A stretch of DNA of 63,144 nucleotides, the filler included, from Octopus bimaculoides (Eukaryota), in assembly GCF_001194135.2 (NCBI RefSeq). It is 9 parts of 8 records of this genome, joined end to end, with 100 filler letters (N's around TTAATTAATTAA, not from the genome) between each part and the next. Parts side by side here need not be neighbours in the genome. Positions count along the whole stretch, not along the records: positions 14,040 to 22,577 come from NC_068995.1; positions 22,678 to 27,235 come from NW_026368074.1; 7 more parts are not named here. The stretch is one strand, 5' to 3'. Made by a program: the position numbers and the translations under genes. Under the pieces are notes generated by a model, which saw only the letters and a list, made by a program, of their open reading frames with translations, was not told where the DNA came from and searched no databases. Shown here one piece after another: positions 14,040 through 26,800 of this stretch; position 1 is the stretch's first letter; each line of letters starts with the position of its first letter.

Positions 14040-14269
14040 GTGGTGGTAGTGGTGGTGGTAGTGGTGGTGGTAGTGGTGGCGGTAGTGGTGGTGGTGTGGT
14101 GGTGGTAGTGTTGGTGGTGTGGTGGTGGTGGTGATCATGATGATGGTGATGATCATGATGATGATACCGGTGTTTTTATTGTGAGACCATCAATAGATGT
14201 ATTATCAATTAGAGCATAGGGAGATTCCAACTGCTTCCTTTCAATATTATTATCAATTGCGCAACCTGA

Positions 14270-14985
14270 TAATGTCTACCTCATCTCAGTGACAATGAAT
14301 AAACAAAATATTGTGAATAACGGTGGTAATGAAACTGAAGCCCTTGATGGTGACAGTGTTACACCCGGCAGGCTTAGAGATACTGGTTCGACTCCAGCCT
14401 GCCGTTATCCAGCAAGAGACCAGCGCACATGGCGTAGATGGAACAAACAAGTTAATGTTGTGGTCAGGCAGTGTTACTACTTAATAATCTCCGTAGAAGA
14501 AAATGGTGTTAATCATAGTGAATACCGACAACGCATGTAAGATCAATGGAGAGAAAGCGGATTGTTTCACGGAACAGTGATTTTGTGATCAGGCTAGAGC
14601 AATAAGAAAAATCGTTGCTTCACAGCAGCAGAGGTCAAATGTATCAAAAGACGGGTATTGGAAAACAGCAGCAGAGGAAACGATGAGAAAAAGTAATCTC
14701 GTAGCAGAAAACAGAGGTGAAATCTTTAATAAACCACAGGAAGGGAACAGTGATAGCGTGCTCGATGAGAGACATGAGGAGGGCTTTGGAAGATGGCAAT
14801 AAAACTAATGGTGACNNNNNNNNNNAGGGAACAGTGATAGCGTGCTCGATGAGAGACATGAGGAGGGCTTTGGAAGATGGCAATAAAACTAATGGTGACA
14901 TGACAGATGGGCAAAAGGCAATCTACGACAGAACAAAGGCAAGGCTACAGGAAAACGATAGCGACATTATTTGCAAGCTTAAGTA
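14270..14985 (+). mobile_element. R4/Dong-like retrotransposon, N-terminal ORF fragment
   Basis: RRWNKQVNVVVRQCYY...YRQRM*DQW...CDQARAIRKNR motif typical of R4-clade N-termini. Contains a ~70-bp duplication around a 10-N gap (~14745-14897). Confidence 0.65.
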
Positions 14986-14997
14986 GGTTGATCGGTG

Positions 14998-15097
14998 GAA
15001 CCAAGAAACGAAAAATTGAACCAAGAAACGAAAAAGTGAACCAAGAAACGAAAAATTGAACCAAGAAACGAAAAATTGAACCAAGAAACAAAAAATG
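14998..15097. repeat. 20-bp minisatellite, 5 copies (gaaccaagaaacgaaaaatt)
   Basis: Five near-identical 20-nt units, directly visible. Confidence 0.95.
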
Positions 15098-15600
15098 CGA
15101 TTCCGACAAGGTAGGGCATAAAGAAAAGCTTGTTTGATCTCGCGGACCACTCCTACGAAAACCCATTCATGAAGTAGCACTCTTCCACGATTATACTTTC
15201 TTCTAGAGAAGACTGTCTCGTGTATCTCGACAATCTTTCAAGGACCACCTATTTGAACTGGGTTGATAAGTAAGTCCTGTGCACGTACATCGCGGACATA
15301 ACTGATGTAATCCACAGGTGTATTGTAGCTCATTCCTAGTTATTCTACACGATAACGGACTGTAGTCAGTTCGTCGACACAAGAGTACAAAAAAATTATC
15401 ACAGTCCGCAGAGGAAGTGTGCTACCTTCCACCATGTAACCTTTTCTGACGGATGCAGTCTCGTTGCAGTAAAGTATCTCTCGGACCACTTTCTTCTTCA
15501 TCAAGTGCCCATTTCTACACTTTTTAACTGAAGGTATAATAGCCTTCTCTGCGAAGTAGGCTGCCGCAGAGGCCATATGATTTGGCTGCAGTCATACTTC
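15098..15600 (-). mobile_element. Merlin (IS1016/ISXO2-like) DNA transposase remnant
   Basis: Minus strand reads KCRNGHLMK...SVRKG...STLPLRTVIIFLYS and QIGGP*KIVEIHETVFSRRKYNRGRVLLHEWVFVGVVRE, matching the Merlin GGPGxIVEIDESxFxRRKYxRGR...WVFGG consensus. The first catalytic Asp is altered and a stop is present. Confidence 0.8.
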
Positions 15601-16909
15601 CAAATACAAAAAAAATAAAATACAACAAGCAAGTAAACAAAAGTTAAATGACTTATAAACACATTCCACGATGCAATTGTTTTTGTTTCAGCACACGATC
15701 TCAGATCAGGTCACTTTGTATGCAAGTATATCTCCGTAATACATATATTCGTGTGCGCGCGCGTGTGTTTGTCCGTCTGTCTGTATAAGAATAGATGACA
15801 CGAGAAAACTTGTTATACAGAAAGAAAGAAAGACAGAAAGAAAGAAAGGAAGGAAGGAAGAAAGAAAGAAAAAAGAAAGGAAGAAAGAAAGAAAGACAGA
15901 AAAAAGGAGAGATGTTCAGAGATGAGTTTCTATGTCATCGACCTACCTGCTAAGACGATATACAAGTTCTAGCGCGCACACACACACAAATGCGCGCGCG
16001 CATATATGCAGTAGATATTAAAAGCGGAACGTTCGCTGAGGTAGTTGCAGGTAAACTGTATATGATAAATGTTGATTTAATATTCATGAGTAAAACGGCA
16101 ATAAATGTGTATATTTACTCACAGCTGTAACATCCCATAAGAACAGTTCTCTTTTTTGTTGGGAACATTGCCACTCCATATTCAACAAGACCAGTGTTTT
16201 TTTTTTGTTCTTTTTCTAATTAACTACATGCAGAAATAATATGTTGCAAAATAATCTTCATGTGTAGGATTTTATATATTTTCTTTTGGCACCATCAACA
16301 AAATATTATTAAATTTCATTCAATGTGCTTTCAAACAATACAATTATATCTATAAAACAAAATATGCATGTTGACAGACTATATACAAAACCAATAACGG
16401 AATATATTTTGCGTGAATTTTACTTTTTCTATTTTTCTCTCAACATACTTCCGTCATTTACACACTGCGATCAGTGTGAAGATAGTTGAGACAATAGTCA
16501 AACAATATGAAAGAAGAAAAAAAAAGAAGAAATATAATCTCTTTTATTTTCAGACAGTTACCACCCAATAGCTATAATACAATGGATTGATAAGGAAAGA
16601 ATTGAAAGTAGTTTTATGTTGGTTTGTCATGAGACGAAACAGCAAAGGAATCATTAAGAGTGGGTGGCCATTCTTAAGAGATAAATTCCGCCTAAGGAAA
16701 TACTGCAATTATATGTCGCAACAACGAGATGTACATATTTCGCCTCAACAACTATTCCAATCATGTTAATACATATCAGCGTTTAAATACAACTACTGTT
16801 TCTTTTTTTTATTTTTAAACTATTCACTAAGATTAGCTAAAGCATACAACTCATTTTACATATTTTGGTAGACAGTTTCAGTATATTAAATAGATCATAT
16901 CTTTTAGAT

Positions 16910-17163
16910 GTGGAGGGGCATGGCTTAGTGGTTAGGGTGTCAGCATCTTGATCGCTAGATTGTGGTTTCGATTCCTGAACGGGGCGACGCGTTGTATTTT
17001 TGAGTAAAACACTTTATTTCATGTTGCTCCAGCCCACTCAGCTGGCAAAAATGAGTAACGCTGTGTTGGACTGGTGGCCCGTCCGGCTGTGGAACACATA
17101 CGCCATAGAAACCGGGCCCATGAGTCTGGCTAGGCTTTAAAAGGGCGCATTTATTTATTTTAT
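16910..17163 (+). mobile_element. SINE family C (tRNA-derived)
   Basis: A box tggcttagtgg, B box gtttcgattcc, central block ttgagtaaaacactttatttcatgttgctccag, and (ATTT)n tail. Related copy at 61130-61303 on the minus strand. Confidence 0.8.
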
Positions 17164-17280
17164 CTTTTAAATAGTATCGGTTTTCCAATAATAGAAGCTC
17201 CTTCATATCGTAATCAGTTTTCGATTCTTGCGCGAATAAAATTTACTGTCTTCAAAAACTATTAACTGATTATATGTTTA

Positions 17281-18464
17281 CAAGGGTTGTACAAAATAAT
17301 GGAAACACCATAAAATTTCAAACAAATTTATTTTAACATAGGGTAGGGCAGCTTTTGGCAGTATTTATAGCTGGAATTCGTACAGAGTTTGAATTCGTAC
17401 AAAGTTTGAATTGTTTCCAAAGGAGATTTTCTCCATTCTTCAGCTAAAACAGTTTCCAGTTCGTGTAGTGATGATGTTGGAGGATATCGATTCCTTAGTT
17501 GCTTTTCTAAAATGCAAGATAAATGTTTAACAATATTAAGATATGGGGACTCTGATCGCCAGATAAGATGCTCAGCTTCACTTGAATGTTCCTCGTGCCA
17601 TTCAGGAACAAATTTAGCTGTGTGAAATGGTGCATTATCATTCTAAAAGATTGCGTTTCAGAAACAGTTCCGCAACCATAGGATGAATGTGATTAGATAA
17701 AATGCTTCACTAGTCGCAACTATGAAGGGAAACTATTGGGCCGGCGGATTTTCAAGGTATAGCCGCCCAAATCATCATAGGACCTCCACCATGTGTACTC
17801 GATCAGTGGTCAGAAATAAGGTAAAAGGTGACTCGTCCGAGCAAATAACATTCTTCTACTGCACTAGGGACCAATTCTGAAGGTTTTACTCCATCCTAAA
17901 CGCTTTGCAACGTTTGTTTTTTAAAGTAGTGGTTTTATGATTGCGGCCCTCCTGTGAAATCCGGTTTTGTGCAGCTCCCACCGAACAGTTTTTGCGGAAA
18001 CATGGTTCTCAAGGTGGTCATTAAGCTCTGCAGTAATTTTGGGAGTTCTACGTTTGTGATTCTTTCTAACAATTCACGTTCAGGGTCCGACGCTCCCTAT
18101 CTGAAAGTCTTGGTTTTCTTCCGAAGTTTTGTTTCGACGAGGAGGTTTCCCCATCTTTCACCAACACTGTCATTACTTTCGAGACAGTACTTATTGCAAC
18201 ACCAAATATTTCGGATCTTTTCGTTACGGTAGCGCTTGCCATACGAGCACCAACAATTTGACATCTTTCAAAGCCCGATAAACCTGTCATGTTAATTAAT
18301 TTGTAGTGATATCTGACAAGAAACAGCAATTTTAGCAAATCATTATTAAGGAACACTTGTAATAAATACAAAAGAGAAAAATAAACAATCTTTTGACGGT
18401 TTTACAGATATTTCAAAATTACGGTGCTATGATGCTGGGTGTTTCCATTATTTTGTCCAACCAC

Positions 18465-18466
<2 letters not shown>
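17281..18466 (-). mobile_element. Tc1-family DNA transposon with both TIRs and a degenerate transposase
   Basis: TA|CAAGGGTTGTACAAAATAATGGAAACACC on the left and its near reverse complement ending at 18466 followed by TA. The minus ORF from ATG 18290 reads MTGLSGFERCQIVGARMASATVTKRSEIFGV...GRKPRLSDRERRTL (paired-like HTH). Downstream frames are broken. Confidence 0.9.
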
Positions 18467-18496
<30 letters not shown>

Positions 18497-19917
18497 NNNN
18501 NNNNNNNNNNNNNNNNNNNNNNNNNNNNNNNNNNNNNNNNNNNNNNNNNNNNNNNNNNNNNNNNNNNNNNNNNNNNNNNNNNNNNNNNNNNNNNNNNNNN
18601 NNNNNNNNNNNNNNNNNNNNNNNNNNNNNNNNNNNNNNNNNNNNNNNNNNNNNNNNNNNNNNNNATATATATATATATATATAGATATATATATAGGTCT
18701 GTGTCGTATATACATGTTTGTTTCTATGTGCTATATGTATTAATTAGATGGAAGATAAACACTTATGAAGAAATAAAGGTATGTACAGTCTTATTCACTA
18801 TATCTGTGTACAATGCACATGGAAAGATATACACTGCAGAATGTGTTAGTTCAGGAAATGTATTATTTTGTGTTGTAATAAGAGTGCAATCTGTTGATAT
18901 TAGCTTTGAATAATAGTAGAATGGCATCACTATTGATGTGCAGCAAGGCAGAAACCCATATCGTTCTACAGTTCAATGACCTAATTGTCTTTTATATTTT
19001 TTGAATATTGTCTCCGAAATGATTTCTTTGTTTTGAAACTATTTCTTCTGGATTATATATGACTCTACTTCTCTGTATTTAATATGTTTCTACTCATGAA
19101 TATCCATTCTTCTGAATGTATATGCGTTGGTGAAAGTCTGTGCTTAGATATCTGCGCATAAATTGGATGTGCACAAATATATGCGGATAAATTGGAAGCT
19201 TAATAATTGAGCCTCATCAAAAACCCATCATATAAAGTGCTATTAGCATAAGAAATTCTGTAGAAATACAAATTTTCACTACTCATGTATAAAGACACGA
19301 CTTAGCCTATGAGGCCAAAGTCAGGAATAGATTTCTTTCCATGAATTAAAATTTGGTGTGTATTAGGAAATAATGATAGTCGGTTGAATATTTCCCAGGT
19401 GGTGAATGAAGTACAGGGAATTGGCGTGAAATATTTTGAAAATGCAATAAAAATACAATATGAAAATACAATGTAATTAATATATCTCTGAAATCTTCAG
19501 TGGGAATCCACCTGTGGAGAGCTTCTCTGTAAAATATGAAATCTCTGTACAAGTAACAGAATATCAGATCTTTCTTGCGTGGTTTCTGCCCAATAATTTT
19601 GCATCACATGATTCCAGAGAACCGTTCTTCGTTTACATACAATATCCCACTCCGTATGAGTTTCGGTCATTCTCTAAAAGACATTTACTAACGTCCTAAT
19701 ATATCTGTCATTATGCAATATGATGTCCATGAGTGAAATGTAAGCTTGAACAACAAATATTTTAAATTTACATTTGAAAAATAGTCTTAGTAGTTTTACG
19801 TTCTTTCATGACACGGTCACAATGTTCATGCTCGTCTGAGAAGTAGACTGTCGTCACGTGCAAACGCACACACACATACACGCATACATACATACATACA
19901 TACATACATAATGTGTT

Positions 19918-19949
<32 letters not shown>

Positions 19950-19952
<3 letters not shown>

Positions 19953-20165
19953 GGGAGAATTTACGAAAAAAAAACAACAGACGAAGACAGGTGGTGTAAA
20001 CAACAAATGGATGCATTCGTTTAACGCTCGGCAATAGAGAAAGTCTTTGACGTTTCGAGCCTACGCTCTTCAACTGAAAGGAACACAGAAAGGAACATGG
20101 AGAGAAACAAGGAGAAAAAAAAATATAAATGTAGTGGTCAGCGATCTACCATGGCGAATGTCGGA
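19950..20165 (-). mobile_element. Short interspersed repeat carrying a minimal hammerhead-like motif (family P)
   Basis: Aligns with 38325-38500 (+) across the motif and ~90 nt downstream. Weaker relatives at ~58858-58960 (+) and ~60806-60895 (-). Confidence 0.7.
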
Positions 20166-21026
20166 CAGAAGGATCACATATAAATGAGAGGCTAATGTAT
20201 ATTGCACATTTCCAAATCAGTAATAAATCCCCTCCAAGGATACTCCGTGTTTATTAAATATTGCTCTCTTCCGTTTACTGCCAGATTACAGGAAATGTAA
20301 GATCAACACACTTTGCCCATGGCATCCCATGAATAATGGCGGGGCGGTTTTCAACATAGTATATTCAAAATCAACAGGTTATTATCTAAAAACAGGAATC
20401 AAATGCTCGAATGAAACTAGAAGGCAAACGCTGCCGGTAAAAACAGAGAAAACAACTGACATAAAATATTATGCAATGAGGTTCGAAGTCAGATGTTATT
20501 TTTACATTTGATACGTTACAATCTCTGCAGCGCAATGTATTTGACTAAAGGTACACGCACGCACATACACACATGCAATTACACATGTACACACACATTC
20601 ACACATGCTTCACCGAAAGCACATACACACATACACACATATACACACAGAGAACTATATACAGAAGTAAGTATTCAGACATTTACGTACTTATCGATGC
20701 AGATACAAACACGCAGGTGAAAGTTGTCGTACACAATCACACTAAAATCTATATAAATATGTGTAATTTGTCATATTCTTTTCGATCTGCACTTTTAGAG
20801 TAAATCATCATGATAAACGAATTACTCAATAAAATATTTTCTATAAATACTTTGAGATAAAAATCTTCTTATCTGATACGATACTTAGTTTCTTATACGT
20901 CAATGCAAGTTCAACAAAGAGTTCAATGTTTTAAATAGAAAAAAAAAGCTGCCAATATCCAACTCTGCTATTGTGCATTCGCCATATATCTATGCGTTAA
21001 AAAAAATCAGTGGTTGACAAACGAGA

Positions 21027-21439
21027 ATAATCCTGCGTTTAAGAATTTAAAATCACTCCTTTAACTTTCTAAGACATCTCAACGTTTCTAAAAGCAAACT
21101 TTGTTTGTTTGTTTACGTTCATCGTAAATTGAACTGAACGCATGATAACGTCTCATAAAGCGAGATTCCTATACGTCTTAAATGTGCAGAAAAAATGTGG
21201 GGTGAGGGCAGTTTAGCTTAATCGGCCTAAAGCACCGCGACGCGTAATCAAGTTGTGAGTTCAAGTCTCATAGCTGACCGCCAACATTTTTCTCTGCAAA
21301 ATACGGGTAGTTTATCCAGTTCAGCCTATATTATTAGCATAATCCTGCGTTTCAGAATTTAAAATCACTTCTTTAACTTTCTAAGACATCTCAACGCTTC
21401 TAAAAACAAACTTCATTTGTTTGTTAACGTTCATCGTAA
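21027..21439. repeat. ~101-bp direct repeats 312 bp apart
   Basis: 21027-21128 and 21339-21439 (ataatcctgcgttt...gttcatcgtaa) match with only scattered substitutions. Confidence 0.9.
21206..21283 (+). pseudogene. tRNA-like sequence (pseudogene or SINE head)
   Basis: Acceptor-like gggcagtt/agctgacc, D arm gctt/aagc, T arm gtgag-TTCAAGT-ctcat, ending in GCCA then a T5 run. The anticodon stem does not pair well. Confidence 0.5.
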
Positions 21440-21814
21440 TTTTAATTTGATATATTATTGATAATTCAACCATGAGGTCAAGACAAAGAATTGTTTTTGT
21501 ATTGTAATTGACGCTTCTGCTGGTAGTGTTCAAAAGTCAGTTTTACTTCTGGTTTACCCCGCGTTCCTAGAGATGTGTAAATGTCAGCAGTAACAGTTAT
21601 TTCTTTTCCAGTTCCGCAATTAAACAATATTCATCAATTTGAATGAAATAATTCTTTCTCCAAAATGAAACTCGTGGATAAATTCACAAACAAAAAAAGA
21701 TATATTCTAAATATCGAAGTAGAAGGAAGACGAACAGCGGTTCCTGCACCATTATTTCTCCTGTTGAGAAATGACATTATAGAATACATTATTATAGATA
21801 GAATAGAATTGCGC

Positions 21815-21853
<39 letters not shown>

Positions 21854-21869
21854 CGGTATGGGTGTATGA

Positions 21870-21904
<35 letters not shown>

Positions 21905-22942
21905 TGTGAAATATGTATATAGATATATATTTATGTAAAGCATATATTGATATATGTATGCAAATCTCCCCTTATCTGTGTGTCTGTGTGCATGTATATA
22001 TATATAAACGTTTATATATATATATATATGTCTGAGAGTTAGAGGTTGCGAAACCAACCAACTAAGGGTAATACCTCTCCAGTATACTGCTGGTAGTGTC
22101 CCCAATTATTCATACCCAAATACTGGTTATTGCGTGGCAATCTCGCAATTTCAGTGTCATATATGGGCGGGGTAAAAACTAGTTTACCCTTAATTTATAC
22201 GGCAAATAAGAAAATGGAGAGGATGCAAAATGACATACAACAACCGATAGACATTCTACTGTGTCTATTTACTCCAAAGCATTAGAAAGTATTAGAAGAA
22301 AAGATATACATGTAGTAACTATGTGTTACACAGACATTTATTAATATTACAGAAAAGAGAAAAAAATCAGTTCCTTACGGCCGTTTCTGCCAAGAGGCAA
22401 CAAAACCCTCCATGCCATATCCATCTCTTCAGCGTTCTATGGGTATGGGCAGATAAAGTTTGGATGATGAGTGTACCTCAAGGAATATTGAGAGGGTCCA
22501 AGTGATTAAGAAGACTAATACATATAATAAACCGTTAACAATAGGTACAGCGTATTTGTCATTATTAAAAAGGGCAGNNNNNNNNNNNNNNNNNNNNNNN
22601 NNNNNNNNNNNNNNNNNNNNNTTAATTAATTAANNNNNNNNNNNNNNNNNNNNNNNNNNNNNNNNNNNNNNNNNNNNTCCCCCCTATTCGAACCCTCCAC
22701 CGCCACAGCAACGCATGCACTCGCTTGTGTAAATGCCAATATTACATGCATCATGGAACGTGTGCATAATGCCCACACGCATACAAACGTATACGCGTTC
22801 ATAGGTAGACACATATACATACACACGCATACATAAATAGTTATACGGGCATACTTATACATACACACATGTATAAACACATACGTGCGAATATATATAC
22901 ATACGCAGCCATTCACTGATGCACTTATCGCTCGCGGCGTTG

Positions 22943-22977
<35 letters not shown>

Positions 22978-23203
22978 ACACACACATACCACACACACAC
23001 ATACCACACACACACATACCACACACACACATACCACACCACACCACACCACACCACACACAAGCAACACGTGTTTGTAGTCCTGTCATGCTCGAAATTG
23101 ACAGGAATAAGAATCCGTACATACACACCTTAATAGCAACGATTGGCCATGAGACGTGTGCTTGTGTGTCCGTGCTTACGCGCGCACGGGCACACACGCA
23201 TGT

Positions 23204-23234
<31 letters not shown>

Positions 23235-23260
23235 AACATACAGACAGGCAGACAGACAGG

Positions 23261-23371
<111 letters not shown>

Positions 23372-23373
23372 TC

Positions 23374-23406
<33 letters not shown>

Positions 23407-23408
23407 GG

Positions 23409-23443
<35 letters not shown>

Positions 23444-24487
23444 CCAGGAAGAAAACCGAGTGGTAAGCTACAAGATGTTTGGCGAACAGTGAAGGATAAG
23501 AGTGAAAGAGTGAAANNNNNNNNNNNNNNNNNNNNNNNNNNNNNNNNNNNNNNNNNNNNNNNNNNNNNNNNNNNNNNNNNNNNNNNNNNNNNNNNNNNNN
23601 NNNNNNNNNNNNNNNNNNNNNNNNNNNNNNNNNNNNNNNNNNNNNNNNNNNNNNNNNNNNNNNNNNNNNNNNNNNNNNNNNNNNNNNNNNNNNNNNNNNN
23701 NNNNNNNNNNNNNNNNNNNNNNNNNNNNNNNNNNNNNNNNNNNNNNNNNNNNNNNNNNNNNNNNNNNNNNNNNNNNNNNNNNNNNNNNNNNNNNNNNNNN
23801 NNNNNNNNNNNNNNNNNNNNNNNNNNNNNNNNNNNNNNNNNNNNNNNNNNNNNNNNNNNNNNNNNNNNNNNNNNNNNNNNNNNNNNNNNNNNNNNNNNNN
23901 NNNNNNNNNNNNNNNNNNNNNNNNNNNNNNNNNNNNNNNNNNNNNNNNNNNNNNNNNNNNNNNNNNNNNNNNNNNNNNNNNNNNNNNNNNNNNNNNNNNN
24001 NNNNNNNNNNNNNNNNNNNNNNNNNNNNNNNNNNNNNNNNNNNNNNNNNNNNNNNNNNNNNNNNNNNNNNNNNNNNNNNNNNNNNNNNNNNNNNNNNNNN
24101 NNNNNNNNNNNNNNNNNNNNNNNNNNNNNNNNNNNNNNNNNNNNNNNNNNNNNNNNNNNNNNNNNNNNNNNNNNNNNNNNNNNNNNNNNNNNNNNNNNNN
24201 NNNNNNNNNNNNNNNNNNNNNNNNNNNNNNNNNNNNNNNNNNNNNNNNNNNNNNNNNNNNNNNNNNNNNNNNNNNNNNNNNNNNNNNNNNNNNNNNNNNN
24301 NNNNNNNNNNNNNNNNNNNNNNNNNNNNNNNNNNNNNNNNNNNNNNNNNNNNNNNNNNNNNNNNNNNNNNNNNNNNNNNNNNNNNNNNNNNNNNNNNNNN
24401 NNNNNNNNNNNNNNNNNNNNNNNNNNNNNNNNNNNNNNNNNNNNNNNNNNNAAGCAAGCTACTTACCACACAGCCACTCCTACGCCT

Positions 24488-24800
24488 AAAATATTCCATC
24501 AATATTGCACAAATGATGTTGGCATCAATTTTAAAATCTATCCAAGACTTGCTCCCCACCCCCCGTGCTATCCGCCCACTACAAAAATCGAACTCAAAAC
24601 ACATAACAACATTACGGTACAACTACTTTACCCCAACCGCTCCAACTATCTTTGATATTATACCAAAATACGTCAAAACGGAAACGGACCCCCCAAAAAT
24701 TCAAAAGTTCTCTGGCTAAATTTCTCCAAAAAATCCCGGACTAACCCCCTACAACCGGATACGTCTCCAACAATAATAACTTTTTGCTCCAGCGGTCCGT
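24488..24800 (+). mobile_element. CR1/L2-group LINE 3' coding end, degraded
   Basis: Frames give NDVGINFKIYPRL and FKSSLAKFLQKIPD*P, resembling the C-terminal FKxxLDxFLxxIPDxP motif of CR1/L2-group ORF2. Confidence 0.6.
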
Positions 24801-24968
24801 GGTGTCCCATATATGACAGGTGTGAATCACGACTTCACCAGGTGGTGCTATTGAGTTAGACATTGCTTGGGCCTATACTGGCCGAAACCTTTCTAAGTTA
24901 TCTCGTTAGATGCATTCGTGCATACATGCATTAATGTATAGATGCATATACACATACTTAGATACATA

Positions 24969-25273
24969 CAGGGGTTGGACAAAATAATGGAAACACCTAG
25001 CACCATAGCATCACAATTTTGAAATATCTATAAAATCGTCACAAGCTTGTTTATTTTTATGTTTTTTTGATTTATTATTAGTGTCGCTTAATATGTTTTG
25101 CTAAAATTGCTGTTTCTTTTCAGATATCATCAGAAAAAGGTGATTGAAATTCATTAAAATGACAGATCTATCGGACTTTCAAAGAAGTCAAATTGTTGGT
25201 GCTCGTATGGCAGGCGCTATAGCGTAACAAAAACAGCCGAAATATTTGATGTATCAAGAATTACTGTCTCGAC
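24969..25273 (+). mobile_element. 5' fragment of the same Tc1 family as 17281-18466
   Basis: TA|CAGGGGTTGGACAAAATAATGGAAACACC TIR followed by the start MTDLSDFQRSQIVGARMAGA, then truncated. Confidence 0.88.
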
Positions 25274-25284
25274 CTCCTTTAGGA

Positions 25285-25600
25285 GGTCAAGCAAGAGTGC
25301 CCAATAAACGATGTGGCAGCGCCAGGAGATCAATGTATTATCATGAAAGAAACAGAAAAGGTTGATAATATGGAGACCTGAGAATGGAAATCGCCAATCG
25401 AGATCGCTGCGCGAGTCAAACATAAAGGTTGTCGCTGTTGTCATCGGAGCATTGGGTTCAATACCACCCAACCTGAAGAAACACCTGAAAACTTTACAAA
25501 TACTCTACAATCTTGGTGTATTGCAAAAATCGGCTTTACTGTGAAGTGCATACGTACTGCGCAAACGTCCTTGTGATTTGACAGACAACACAAACCCCTT
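25285..25600 (+). mobile_element. R4/Dong-like retrotransposon 3' end with restriction-like endonuclease remnant
   Basis: DVAAPGDQCIIMKETEKVD and KVVAVVIGALGSIPPNLKKHLKTL...LQKSALL match the RLE C-terminus of R4-clade elements. Confidence 0.8.
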
Positions 25601-25617
25601 GCATACAATATCCTTTT

Positions 25618-26028
25618 CTACTCTAGGCACAAGGCCCGAAATTTTGGAGGAGGGCCCAGTCGATTAGATCGACCTCAGTGCGTAACTGGTACTTAATTTA
25701 TCGACCCCGAAAGGATGAAAGGCAAAGTCGACCTCGGCGGAATTTGAACTCAGAACGTAACGGCAAACGAAATACCGCTAAGAAGTTCCGGTGAAGCAGA
25801 CACATGCAGCCATTGTTAAACAATATTTAGTTACATAGTAAATATTAAGAGTGATCTTACATAATCCTTTCTACTAAAGACACAAGGTCTGAAATTTGGT
25901 GGGAGAGGGACTAGTCGATTACAACGACCCCAGTGTTTCACTGGTACTTAATTTATCGACCCCGAAAGAATGAAAGACTTGAACGTGATGACAAGACCAA
26001 ATACCGCTAAGCATTTTACCCAGCGTGT
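25618..26028 (-). mobile_element. Two tandem SINE family B copies
   Basis: Reverse complement contains the B-box-like gagttcaaattccgccgagg followed by tcgactttgcctttcatcctttcggggtcgataaattaagtaccag. The second copy is partly deleted. Confidence 0.88.
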
Positions 26029-26641
26029 NNNNNNNNNNNNNNNNNNNNNNNNNNNNNNNNNNNNNNNNNNNNNNNNNNNNNNNNNNNNNNNNNNNNNNNN
26101 NNNNNNNNNNNNNNNNNNNNNNNNNNNNNNNNNNNNNNNNNNNNNNNNNNNNNNNNNNNNNNNNNNNNNNNNNNNNNNNNNNNNNNNNNNNNNNNNNNNN
26201 NNNNNNNNNNNNNNNNNNNNNNNNNNNNNNNNNNNNNNNNNNNNNNNNNNNNNNNNNNNNNNNNNNNNNNNNNNNNNNNNNNNNNNNNNNNNNNNNNNNN
26301 NNNNNNNNNNNNNNNNNNNNNNNNNNNNNNNNNNNNNNNNNNNNNNNNNNNNNNNNNNNNNNNNNNNNNNNNNNNNNNNNNNNNNNNNNNNNNNNNNNNN
26401 NNNNNNNNNNNNNNNNNNNNNNNNNNNNNNNNNNNNNNNNNNNNNNNNNNNNNNNNNNNNNNNNNNNNNNNNNNNNNNNNNNNNNNNNNNNNNNNNNNNN
26501 NNNNNNNNNNNNNNNNNNNNNNNNNNNNNNNNNNNNNNNNNNNNNNNNNNNNNNNNNNNNNNNNNNNNNNNNNNNNNNNNNNNNNNNNNNNNNNNNNNNN
26601 NNNNNNNNNNNNNNNNNNNNNNNNNNNNNNNNNNNNNNNNN

Positions 26642-26702
<61 letters not shown>

Positions 26703-26719
26703 CAGCAGCAGCAGCAGCG

Positions 26720-26782
<63 letters not shown>

Positions 26783-26800
26783 AGCTCTCTCTCTCTCTCT
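26642..26800. repeat. (TAG)n microsatellite with a (CAG)n interruption, then (CT)n
   Basis: Directly visible. Representative of the very dense (TA), (CA), (GA), (GATA), (ATG) and (AAT) tracts throughout the window. Confidence 0.95.

Noticed and set aside
19497-19670. Minus ORF containing TEWDIVCKRR, reminiscent of SLC22 TEWDLVC
   Set aside because: The following sequence lacks the expected TM segment and ends in a stop. The match is too short to support.
20290-20350. Minus-strand LFMGCHGQSV resembling the SLCO F-x-GC motif
   Set aside because: Bounded by in-frame stops with no usable acceptor, and in a different assembly piece from the SLCO exon.
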